Assembly (NCBI GenBank): GCA_963792965.1
Contig: CAWBYW010000018.1
Coordinates: 64,001 to 128,000, forward strand
Direction of reading: 5' to 3'
DNA: 64,000 nucleotides
Origin: an uncultured delta proteobacterium
GTDB taxonomy: Bacteria; Desulfobacterota; Zymogenia; Zymogenales; Zymogenaceae
The number at the start of each line of letters is the position of its first letter. The first letter of the stretch is position 1. Both the position numbers and the translations under genes were made by a program. The notes beneath the pieces were generated by a model. That model was not told the origin of the DNA, did no database searches, and worked only from the letters and a program-made list of their open reading frames with translations. This document shows, piece after piece, positions 40,400 to 48,724 of this stretch.

Positions 40400-41550
40400 C
40401 GGTCGCGGATCTCACATTCGCCTCTAACGCGCGCACGATCACGAGCCATGCCGTTCGGGACACGTGGGCCTCGATGATGGGCCAGCCCCCCCACCCGCTC
40501 GATATTCCGAGCGGTCCGCTCCCCGCCGACCTTATCCCCTTTTCGGCGGCAAAGGGCTCCCTCGGGCCCGTGATGCAGGCACTTTCCCGCTGGGGGCTCG
40601 CGGGGCGCTTGGAAGAAAGGGAGCGAACGAGGGCCGAGGTCGCGCTCGTCCGCGCGGGGATGTCGGTGGCCGCGATGCGGTCGGAGCTCGCCCGGATACT
40701 CGGGGCGTGCGCCGCGGAGCAGGTCGATGTGGTTATCCTGAAGGGCCACGATCTCCTCGTCAGGTACTACGAGAGCGATACCATCCGCCCCGTCACCGAC
40801 GCCGACCTCCTCATCAGGCGACGTGACTACCCGAAGCTCGGTAGGATACTCACCGACGCCGGCTATCGCACCCCGGGGGGAGAGAGGACGAGCGTCTGGT
40901 CGCGGGGTGGTTTCATCATCGATGTTCATTTCGCCTTCGTCAACGACGTGAGGAACCCGATGAGCGCATTCCTGCCGCAGATCCCGGCCGGGGAGATCTT
41001 CGCTCGCGCCGAGAAAAGGGAGATCGAAGGCGCCGCATACCTCTCACCCGACCCCGGCCACAGCCTCATCATCACCGCGCTCCATGCGATGACCCACTCC
41101 TACCTGAAGGACTACTGGTTCTTGGACGCCGGGACGCTCCTGATCAGGAACGCCGAGCCGTCGTTTGTGGATCGGTGTCGGGCACTCGCGGAAGAACATC
41201 GGCTGACCGGTGTGCTGGGCCCCATGCTCTGGGCCCTCCGGGAGCACTTCGCCTTCAGGCCGGACTCGGGCAGGGGCAAGGAATATCGCGTCTCGCTCCC
41301 CGTCCGGCGTCTCATCGGTGCGGCGATGCGAAGCACCGACTACCTCTTCTTCGGCGATCTCCTGCTCGGATTGTCTGTTGACAGCTACAAAAAAAAGTTC
41401 TATTATTTTAAGGAGATGGCCTTCCCCCACCGGGACGTCGTCGCGCGGGAGAGGGGTGTCGGCATCACAGGGGCGGCCCCCTTATTTCTTTCCCGATCCC
41501 TGCACCTGGTGAGGTCAGGATTTCACATCCTCATCAAAGGACGGCGATAA
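40396..41550 (+). CDS. Nucleotidyltransferase family protein (NTP_transf_5-like)
   Basis: VVILKG..L..YY....RPVTDADLLI, IDVH, LHAMTH..WFLD. Confidence 0.8.
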   Translation: MTVADLTFASNARTITSHAVRDTWASMMGQPPHPLDIPSGPLPADLIPFSAAKGSLGPVMQALSRWGLAGRLEERERTRAEVALVRAGMSVAAMRSELARILGACAAEQVDVVILKGHDLLVRYYESDTIRPVTDADLLIRRRDYPKLGRILTDAGYRTPGGERTSVWSRGGFIIDVHFAFVNDVRNPMSAFLPQIPAGEIFARAEKREIEGAAYLSPDPGHSLIITALHAMTHSYLKDYWFLDAGTLLIRNAEPSFVDRCRALAEEHRLTGVLGPMLWALREHFAFRPDSGRGKEYRVSLPVRRLIGAAMRSTDYLFFGDLLLGLSVDSYKKKFYYFKEMAFPHRDVVARERGVGITGAAPLFLSRSLHLVRSGFHILIKGRR

Positions 41551-42167
41551 TGGCCGTATTCCTTCGCGCGGCGTCCCGATTTCACACGATCATACGGAAT
41601 TTCGTAAGGCTCTACCTCCTCTTTAACGAGAAAGAAGTGTGTTCCGTCCGGGATTCGATTGTCCGCTGCGAATGTGAAGGTGACGAGATGGTACTGTTTG
41701 GCCTCGATGACCGTAGGGCGCATCTCCTCAACCATACCGCCGCCCGAGTTCTCGGGCTTACCGACGGGAGGAGGTCCGTCGGAGATATCGCCGCGCGTAT
41801 CGCCTCCGATTTCGGGGAGAAAAAGGGGGTCGTCGGGCGCGACGTGAAAAGGATCTGTCGGGACCTTTATCTCAAAGGGGTGATCACTATGGCGCACGAA
41901 CGTTCGTATGTACCGAAGATAAAAAAAGAGACCGTCGTCCGCGAAGAGGACGACGGAGCATGTATCTTTGACCCGCTGACCGATGAGCTTTCGGCGATCA
42001 ACGAGACAGGTAGAATCGTCCTGAAACAGATGAACGGGAAAAACAGTATCGCACAGATCGCGAAGAAGGTCAGGGCTGTCTTCCCCGACCAGGAAGAGGA
42101 GAAGATATACCGGGACGTTGAGGCGTTCATAGATGAGCTGAAGAATCGGGGCTTTCTTACCGTATGA
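41550..42167 (+). CDS. Tandem PqqD/RRE peptide-binding protein (second domain ScmD-like)
   Basis: Two units: EGDEMVLF..LNHTAARVLGLTDGRRSVGDI..L.LKGVI and REEDDGACIFDP..INETGRIVLKQMNGKNSI..L.NRGFL. Confidence 0.88.
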   Translation: MAVFLRAASRFHTIIRNFVRLYLLFNEKEVCSVRDSIVRCECEGDEMVLFGLDDRRAHLLNHTAARVLGLTDGRRSVGDIAARIASDFGEKKGVVGRDVKRICRDLYLKGVITMAHERSYVPKIKKETVVREEDDGACIFDPLTDELSAINETGRIVLKQMNGKNSIAQIAKKVRAVFPDQEEEKIYRDVEAFIDELKNRGFLTV

Positions 42168-42232
42168 TCCGCCTGTCGAGGCCCCAGATAATCAGCTTCT
42201 CTTCAAGACGTACGATATAAGGGGAACTCATC

Positions 42233-43528
42233 GTGGTAAACAGATCAGTCCTAAAGAAAGAAAAGGGAAACACTCCCATCCCCACAAGCATGCTGCGCGC
42301 ACCGCTGTCCCTCTTTATCTCGATCACCTCGCGCTGCAACCTCTCGTGCCGCCATTGCGCCGTCTATTCGGACGACCTTACGTATGACCCGGATCTCACC
42401 ACCTCACAATGGCTCTCCTTCATCGACCAGATCGTCCGTCTCAGGGTCTTCCGCGTCAAGATCAGCGGCGGAGAGCCGTTCGCGCGAAAGGACATCTTCG
42501 ATATCCTCGATCACCTTTTCACGCAGCCGATCCGTGTCTCGATTAATACCAACGCCATGCTTATCGATGAGGATGCCGCCCGGCATCTCTCGTCGTACGG
42601 GCCAAAGCTCTCCGACCTCATGGTGAGCATTGACGGGGGCTCCCCCGAAACCCACGACGCCCTTCGGGGGCGAGGGGCATTTCGGGAGATGCTGAAGGGG
42701 GCTGGGCATCTGGTCGAACACGTGAGAAAACTCACCGCCTATTGCACGGTGACCCGCCTCAATTTCAGGGAGCTCGGGGACGTGGCGCGTCTGGCCTCGG
42801 AAATCGGGATAAGTGGTCTAAAATTTAACGACCTTATCCCCCTGGGGCGTGGGCTTAAATACCGGGATGATCTTGATCTCACGCGGGAGGAGAAACGAGA
42901 AACCACTACACGCCTCAAGGCGCTGCAAAAGACGTATCCCTTCATATCGGGGACCCTCTTTGAGGTAGACGAGATATTCGAGAAGATCGGGTCGACAGCT
43001 CCCGAAAAGCTGGCGGAGTCGTCGGAAATGGAACACTGCCTTTCGGGATGCGGCGCGCTCAACAACGAATGCGCCATCAGGCCCGACGGATGGGCGACCC
43101 CCTGTGACCGCCTCCCGGAGCTCACGGCGGAGAATATCCTTGAGGTGCCGCTCGACGTGATCTGGAGGGAGTCGCAGACGTTTACGGAATTCCGCCGGCG
43201 TTTTACCACCCCTATCACAAGCCTCAGCACGTGCTCGGATTGTCAGTTTGCCCCGGTTTGCACAGGAGGATGCGCCGCGTCGGCCTTTGCGGCGTACGGC
43301 ACGACGCTTGCGCGCGACCCCTCGTGCTGTTACAGGCTCTACGAGGAGGAGACGGCTGATGCGCCGCATAAATCGACGCGAATATCCTCTCCGTCGCGCG
43401 TACCTCTATGTTTCCGGCGGGTGCAACCTCCGCTGCGCCCATTGCTGGATATCTCCGGCCTTCGTGGCCGAGGGCCGTGTACAACGAGATCAGCTGACGG
43501 CCGCCGACGTAAAGAAGGTCATCGATGA
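42233..43528 (+). CDS. Radical SAM/SPASM peptide maturase, ScmE-like (true stop probably ~43359)
   Basis: CNLSCRHC, SGGEPF, SIDG; SPASM CGA..ECAIRPDG..TPC...CSDC.FAPVCTGGC. Confidence 0.9.
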   Translation: MVNRSVLKKEKGNTPIPTSMLRAPLSLFISITSRCNLSCRHCAVYSDDLTYDPDLTTSQWLSFIDQIVRLRVFRVKISGGEPFARKDIFDILDHLFTQPIRVSINTNAMLIDEDAARHLSSYGPKLSDLMVSIDGGSPETHDALRGRGAFREMLKGAGHLVEHVRKLTAYCTVTRLNFRELGDVARLASEIGISGLKFNDLIPLGRGLKYRDDLDLTREEKRETTTRLKALQKTYPFISGTLFEVDEIFEKIGSTAPEKLAESSEMEHCLSGCGALNNECAIRPDGWATPCDRLPELTAENILEVPLDVIWRESQTFTEFRRRFTTPITSLSTCSDCQFAPVCTGGCAASAFAAYGTTLARDPSCCYRLYEEETADAPHKSTRISSPSRVPLCFRRVQPPLRPLLDISGLRGRGPCTTRSADGRRRKEGHR

Positions 43529-44447
43529 GGGCCGTCCGATAGGCCTTCTCAGCGTCAAGCTCACCGGGGGGGAACCGTTTATCAATGACGAGATATTCGA
43601 GATAATTGAGCTGATCGGCGGCCGGGAGATCTCGATGTTTATCGAAACCAACGGGACCCTGATCGACCGGGATACCGCGGCCTTCTTGAAAAGACAGGGG
43701 ATAAACTCCGTCAGCGTGAGCGTCGACAGCAATCGCTCCTCCTTTCATGATGCCTTCCGCGGGGTGGCGGGGGCGCTGGACGGTGCCGCCTCGGGCGTAG
43801 AGCACCTCGTATCCGAGGGTATATCGGTGCAGGTCATCATGAGCCTGGTCAGGGAAAACTCCCGTGACATCGAAGGTCTTATTGATTTGGCAAAGCGGCT
43901 CGGAGCGCATTCGGTGAAGATCAACCCGGTGACCCCGATCGGAAGGGGCGGAGTCCTGTCCGACCGAGGCGACACGCTGGGGGTCGAGGAACTCCTCGAA
44001 CTCTCACCGTGGGTGGAGGGGCAGCTCTCGCGTCAGTACGGGATCGAGACCTTCTTCACCGTTCCGTCCGTCTTTAAGCCGATCGGCCACCTGTTTGACG
44101 AAAGGAACGCCCAGTGCCATATCCTGACGATCATCGGCATCCTTGCAAACGGCGATGTTTCGATTTGCGGCATTGGGAGGGAAGTGCCCGCCCTCGTGAT
44201 GGGAAATATCCGTACGGATAACCTGGAACAGATCTGGCGGGAAAGCTCCATCCTCGGTGATCTCAGACAGATCGTGCCGAATAACTTGGAGGGAATCTGC
44301 GGTCGGTGCATCATGAAGGGGATATGCATGGGGTCGTGCCGGGCGGACGCCTATGTCCTTTCGGGGAGCCTTGCGGCGCCTCACTGGATCTGCCGGGAGG
44401 CGCTCGATAAAGGACTCTTCCCGAAAAATAGACTGTTAAGCCAATGA
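43359..44447 (+). CDS. Radical SAM/SPASM peptide maturase, ScmF-like
   Basis: YPLRRAYLYVSGGCNLRCAHCWI.P, SVKLTGGEP, ETNG; CHILTIIGILANGDVSICGIG...CGRC.MKGIC.GSCRA. Confidence 0.92.
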   Translation: MRRINRREYPLRRAYLYVSGGCNLRCAHCWISPAFVAEGRVQRDQLTAADVKKVIDEGRPIGLLSVKLTGGEPFINDEIFEIIELIGGREISMFIETNGTLIDRDTAAFLKRQGINSVSVSVDSNRSSFHDAFRGVAGALDGAASGVEHLVSEGISVQVIMSLVRENSRDIEGLIDLAKRLGAHSVKINPVTPIGRGGVLSDRGDTLGVEELLELSPWVEGQLSRQYGIETFFTVPSVFKPIGHLFDERNAQCHILTIIGILANGDVSICGIGREVPALVMGNIRTDNLEQIWRESSILGDLRQIVPNNLEGICGRCIMKGICMGSCRADAYVLSGSLAAPHWICREALDKGLFPKNRLLSQ

Positions 44448-45400
44448 TTGCGAGGATCGGAGGCATATCGATCAAGCTTTCCGTCCCTGGGGACCGGGCG
44501 TCGTCCGAAAGGATTCTGGAAGAGGTCAACGGCAGACTATCCGGCTTCACCGCTAAAAGGGGACGGCATAACCTCATGCTTACGATCAGGCCGGTGGACG
44601 ATCTCCCCTGGGAGGAGATACTTTGCAAAGAAGACCTCATACGGGCGCGCCGAATCGTGGATGTCCTGAGAAGGAGGTTCCCTCTTACGAGGATACCGTT
44701 TGAGAATATGCATACGAGCAATCCATCGCACATAAAGGGAAGAATTTCCTCCGACCTCCTCTCCCGCTTCTGCAGGGGAGGTGTTTCGGTCATCCCGCAG
44801 GGCGGTTTCCTCCTGGCCGTTGACCACCGAAGCGGATACGGAGAGGTCTTCGTTAAGCGGCGCGAAGAGGGAGGCCTCGTCCCCTCGTTCATGAGCGCCC
44901 TGCAGGGCGCCCTCGGTCTGTGCGCCTCGTACCATGACGCCCTCATGCTCCACGCGAGCTCCCTTGCGATTGACGGGAGGGGATTTGTCTTTATCGGCGC
45001 ATCGGGGGCCGGCAAAACTACAATAGCCTCGTCGGTCGCCCCGGAGGCGGTGCTCTCAGACGATGGGTCCTGGTGTTCGCGGATGGGCGGTAGATTTTAC
45101 CTGTATCGAACGCCCTTTTCCCAGATAGACACTGGGCCCCCTCTCGCAGACCGGACTCCTCTTGACCGGCTCCTCTTTCTCGGGAAGAGCGAGCACAACT
45201 ATATCGCCGGCCTCTCGCCGGGCCGGGCCATGACAATGCTGCTTCTCAATCACATCCACTTCTTCCGATATATGGACCGGGAGGGAGCATTTAAGGCCTT
45301 CGGCCTTGTGGAGGAGCTATGCCGGAAGAACCGGGCCTTCACCCTCTTTTTTAATCGGAGTTTTAATCCGATGTCATTTTTCAGGGGAATAATCGAATGA
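44444..45400 (+). CDS. HPr-kinase-related P-loop protein, ScmC-like
   Basis: MLHASSL, GASGAGKTT, LSDD, TPF. Confidence 0.8.
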   Translation: MIARIGGISIKLSVPGDRASSERILEEVNGRLSGFTAKRGRHNLMLTIRPVDDLPWEEILCKEDLIRARRIVDVLRRRFPLTRIPFENMHTSNPSHIKGRISSDLLSRFCRGGVSVIPQGGFLLAVDHRSGYGEVFVKRREEGGLVPSFMSALQGALGLCASYHDALMLHASSLAIDGRGFVFIGASGAGKTTIASSVAPEAVLSDDGSWCSRMGGRFYLYRTPFSQIDTGPPLADRTPLDRLLFLGKSEHNYIAGLSPGRAMTMLLLNHIHFFRYMDREGAFKAFGLVEELCRKNRAFTLFFNRSFNPMSFFRGIIE

Positions 45401-45618
45401 AAGAAAAAAAGACGTATGAGCCGCCGATGGTCATAGATCTTCAGGTCGACTATACCCAGGCGGTGGGACAGTCACGCTGCAACGCCGGGCCCACAGCCAC
45501 CGGGCAGTGCACCACCGGGCCGCAGGCGAACCGCACATGTGGCACGGGCACCCAATTTACGCCGTTCTGCGGAAACGGCCAAACCGCCAACGGCTGCAAC
45601 ACCGGTAAGACTCCGTAG
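45397..45618 (+). CDS. Putative RiPP precursor peptide (73 aa)
   Basis: ATGA-coupled to kinase gene; KKTYEPPMV..L leader motif; five CxxG at residues 28,38,48,58,67; Thr/Gly-rich core. Confidence 0.85.
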   Translation: MKEKKTYEPPMVIDLQVDYTQAVGQSRCNAGPTATGQCTTGPQANRTCGTGTQFTPFCGNGQTANGCNTGKTP

Positions 45619-45656
45619 CGGCAGCTGTTCCGACCGACTTCAAAGGAGCAGGAGCG

Positions 45657-46100
45657 GTGAGGCAGTTTAGACGAATCCGATTCCGTGGATACAGCATGTA
45701 CCCGGCGCTGCGCCCGGGCGACACGCTGATCCTTCGCCCAGTGTTGAGCGGCGAGTGTGCCAGGGGTGATATCGTCTGCGTCCCCGGCGAACGCAATTTC
45801 ACCACCCACCGCGTCGTCGAGATCAATCGGAGCTCGGCCGGTCCCATGCTCATCACCAAGGGAGACAACCTCCCCTACTTCGATTCGCCCATCGTCCTCC
45901 CCTCGGAAGGGATTCATCGGGTCGCCATGATCTGCCGCCCGGGACGGGGACCCACCAGACCCCGTTTCGGGAGGACACGTGCCCTCCTCTCCCGAAATAA
46001 CCTGACGGTAGGTATCATACAGGGGAGGATCGGGCGCCTCATAAGGGGCACGTATGGACGTGTTCGGAATTTACTTAATAGGAAACCCAACCGCACATGA
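45657..46100 (+). CDS. S24/S26 signal-peptidase-like serine peptidase lacking an N-terminal TM anchor
   Basis: AAAGGAG/AGGAG SD; GYSMYPALRPGD, RGDIV, THRVV, LITKGDN. Confidence 0.85.
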   Translation: MRQFRRIRFRGYSMYPALRPGDTLILRPVLSGECARGDIVCVPGERNFTTHRVVEINRSSAGPMLITKGDNLPYFDSPIVLPSEGIHRVAMICRPGRGPTRPRFGRTRALLSRNNLTVGIIQGRIGRLIRGTYGRVRNLLNRKPNRT

Positions 46101-47680
46101 ACCGGATCGATAAATCCCTCTTCCGCGTCTGCCAGGTGACCCTGGCAAACCTCCTGAAAACTACGGCCGCAAGGTTCAGGGATCGGGAGGCGATCTCTTG
46201 TTCTGTAACGGGCCGACGCTTCTCGTTTCGAGAGGTAAACGAGCGGATGAATCGGCTCGCCAATGCCCTCCTCTCGTTGGGGGTCAAGAAAGGAGATCAT
46301 TGCGCGTTTCTCTGCCGCAACCGGGCCGAGACGGGAGAGATCTACGGCGCCCTCATCAAAATCGGGGCGATCGCCGTACCGCTGCACTGGAGCCTTGAGA
46401 TTGAAGAGATCATCGACTACCTCACGTTTACCCAGGCCCGGCATTTCCTGTTTGAGGATTTCTATACCGAGGCCGCTATCGTGATCAAAAAGCGCCTCAG
46501 GCGCATCAAGACGTTCGTCTGCATCGGGAAACAGGAGACCGACTTTGCCCTCCCCTACGAGGAGCTGATCAGCGGATCGTCCCCCGTTCTTCCCTTCATC
46601 GACGTGAATGCCGACGACGTCCAGGGCATCGATACAACCTCCCGGACGACCGGTGTCCATAAGGTCTATCCCCTCACCCACGCAAACGGCCTGAGCGCCG
46701 TCATGTTCTTCACGTCGATCCACGAGTTGACGAAAGATGACGTCATCCTGACCCTCTTCCCCCTCTACGGGCGCGTGGGCCTTGCCTGGTATGGTGCGGG
46801 ATTTTTGACCGGGGCCCGCAACGTCCTGTTTCAACCGGACATGACCGATCCATCCGGCATTTTGCGGATCATACAGGACGAGCGCATCACCATAACCAAC
46901 TGGACCCCGATTGTCGCGTCTATCCTCCTCACGCTCCCGGATCTGGATCGATACGACCTCTCGTCCCTCAGAGCGATCTCTTTTTCGGCAAGCCGCTTTC
47001 CCGTCGACCTGCAAAAGGAGGTGAGGGATCGCATCTGCCCCGACATCTACGAATATTACGCCATGCAGGAGGCCGGCATCATTGCCCACATGGGGCCCGA
47101 GGACAAGCGGAAAAATCCCGCCTCCGTGGGAACCCTCTGCTTCGGGACCGACGTGCGCATCGTGGACGAGGCCGGGAAAGATGTGGCCACCGGCGAAATC
47201 GGCCAAATCATCTGCAGGGCCCTCTCCGCCGCACCAGGGTATTTCAGGAATGACGCGCAGACGCGATCGGCTTTCAGGGACGGCTGGTTTTACACCGACG
47301 ACTGGGGGCGGTTTGATGAAGACCAGTTCTTCTATTTCTTAGGCAGGAGGGAGGACATGATCGTGACGGGGGATACGACGGTCTTCGCGGCGGGTATCGA
47401 AGAGGTCCTTACCGCCCACGAGGGGGTCCTGGACGCCGCGGTCATCGGGCTGCCGGATGATACGCTCGGTGAGGCCGTGACGGCGGTGATAGTGAGAAAC
47501 CCGAAGGGAGACGTGACGAGAGAGGCGCTGACCGTCTGGTGTCGGGAGAGGCTTACCCCGCACCAGGTGCCCCGGCGGATCATCTTTTCCGCGATGCTCC
47601 CCCGCAACGCCGTCGGCAAGGTAACCAAGTATGTGCTGGTCGAGAGGTTCTCCCGTGAGGGCGCTCACACCGACGGATAG
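46097..47680 (+). CDS. AMP-binding acyl-CoA synthetase-like protein with degenerate motifs
   Basis: NRLANAL.SLGVKKGD, TTSRTTGVHK, YAMQE, DGWFYTDD.G, GRREDMI, LPRNAVGKV. Confidence 0.85.
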   Translation: MNRIDKSLFRVCQVTLANLLKTTAARFRDREAISCSVTGRRFSFREVNERMNRLANALLSLGVKKGDHCAFLCRNRAETGEIYGALIKIGAIAVPLHWSLEIEEIIDYLTFTQARHFLFEDFYTEAAIVIKKRLRRIKTFVCIGKQETDFALPYEELISGSSPVLPFIDVNADDVQGIDTTSRTTGVHKVYPLTHANGLSAVMFFTSIHELTKDDVILTLFPLYGRVGLAWYGAGFLTGARNVLFQPDMTDPSGILRIIQDERITITNWTPIVASILLTLPDLDRYDLSSLRAISFSASRFPVDLQKEVRDRICPDIYEYYAMQEAGIIAHMGPEDKRKNPASVGTLCFGTDVRIVDEAGKDVATGEIGQIICRALSAAPGYFRNDAQTRSAFRDGWFYTDDWGRFDEDQFFYFLGRREDMIVTGDTTVFAAGIEEVLTAHEGVLDAAVIGLPDDTLGEAVTAVIVRNPKGDVTREALTVWCRERLTPHQVPRRIIFSAMLPRNAVGKVTKYVLVERFSREGAHTDG

Positions 47681-47730
47681 GCTGCCTTGCCGCGCACATG
47701 ACCGTCGAGATGCCACGATAAGGCGCGTTA

Positions 47731-48489
47731 TCACGCGCCGATCGGGATCACCATCAGGTCCCGGGCGACGGTGACCCTCCCCGAAAAGCGCTTCCCCACC
47801 ACCCCGGCGACGTCCACCCCTTCCATCGGGGGATAGAGGTGGGTCAAAACGAGGTGCCCCACGTGTGCCCGGGCCGCGATCTCGGCGGCCTCCGACGGCG
47901 TCAGGTGCCCCGGCACCTTCATCTCGTCAGGGAATGAGCACTCGATCAGCAGCAGATCGGCCCCTTCCGCAAGGCCGATCAACTCCTCCGACCAGTCCGT
48001 GTCGCCCGAATAGACGAGCGCCGCGTTGTCCCCCTCGAACCGGAAGGCGATGCTCTCCGGATTGTGGTTAACGGGGGCCGTCGAGACGGAAAAGGACCCG
48101 CCGTCAAGCGTGTCCCGCCGCATCTCCTTTATGTCGATCCGGTAGTCGCCGGGCACGATCCACGCCCCGAAGACCTCGATCAGGCCGCTGTAAAGCTCGC
48201 CGAATCCCTCCGGCGCAAGGATCATCAGGTCGTCCGTCCGGTGGCTCCCGACGGCGTACTTGGAGGCGAAGACGAGCGGGACGAAGTCGGCAACGTGGTC
48301 GGGATGAAAGTGGGAAAGGCAGACGAGGTCGATGTCGCCGATCTCTACACCGACCTCCACGGTCCTGCGCAGCGCCCCCGGCCCGAGGTCAATCAAGACC
48401 GTTTTTCCACCCAGCCTCAACAGATGCGCCGGGGACCAGCGCGCCGTGGATGGGACGATCGTCCCTGAGCCGAGTATAGTCAGTTCCAT
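47731..48489 (-). CDS. MBL-fold metallohydrolase (RNase Z-like)
   Basis: ILGSG, DLGPG, SHFHPDH, YSGDT, HLTP, THLYP. Confidence 0.88.
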   Translation of the reverse strand: MELTILGSGTIVPSTARWSPAHLLRLGGKTVLIDLGPGALRRTVEVGVEIGDIDLVCLSHFHPDHVADFVPLVFASKYAVGSHRTDDLMILAPEGFGELYSGLIEVFGAWIVPGDYRIDIKEMRRDTLDGGSFSVSTAPVNHNPESIAFRFEGDNAALVYSGDTDWSEELIGLAEGADLLLIECSFPDEMKVPGHLTPSEAAEIAARAHVGHLVLTHLYPPMEGVDVAGVVGKRFSGRVTVARDLMVIPIGA

Positions 48490-48604
48490 ATCCTTATTGT
48501 ATGATTACTGAGTGACAAGTCAACAAAAAAGGTGAAAAGCGCCGGCGCGGCCGATGATCACACGTCCCTTTTCGTGCCCAACTGTACAATCGGAAGAAAT
48601 TTCG

Positions 48605-48631
48605 TTGACATATCTCAACCCTTGATATAAT
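48605..48631 (+). promoter_or_regulatory. Putative sigma70 promoter of ROK operon
   Basis: TTGACA-N15-TATAAT with extended -10 TG. Confidence 0.55.
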
Positions 48632-48724
48632 GTTATCTCAGACGATGAGGTAATATCGTCGCGATATGAGCGGTTTCAGCCGCCAGAGGCCGAACCGCGG
48701 CAAAGAGTCTGCAACACTCGGGGG

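Noticed and set aside
43360-43528. C-terminal extension of the first rSAM overlapping the second by ~170 nt
   Set aside because: SPASM ends before it and a TGATG stop/start sits at 43357-43361 in an adjacent frame; probably an indel artefact
41550-44447. PQQ, mycofactocin or heme d1/Ahb biosynthesis
   Set aside because: No PqqB/C, no ExxxY peptide, no Mft or Ahb partners; neighbours point to a different peptide system
40396-46100. Lasso peptide cluster (YxxP leader, RRE, kinase, nucleotidyltransferase)
   Set aside because: No asparagine-synthetase-like cyclase or transglutaminase-like B2 protease; the core has no Asp/Glu for a macrolactam
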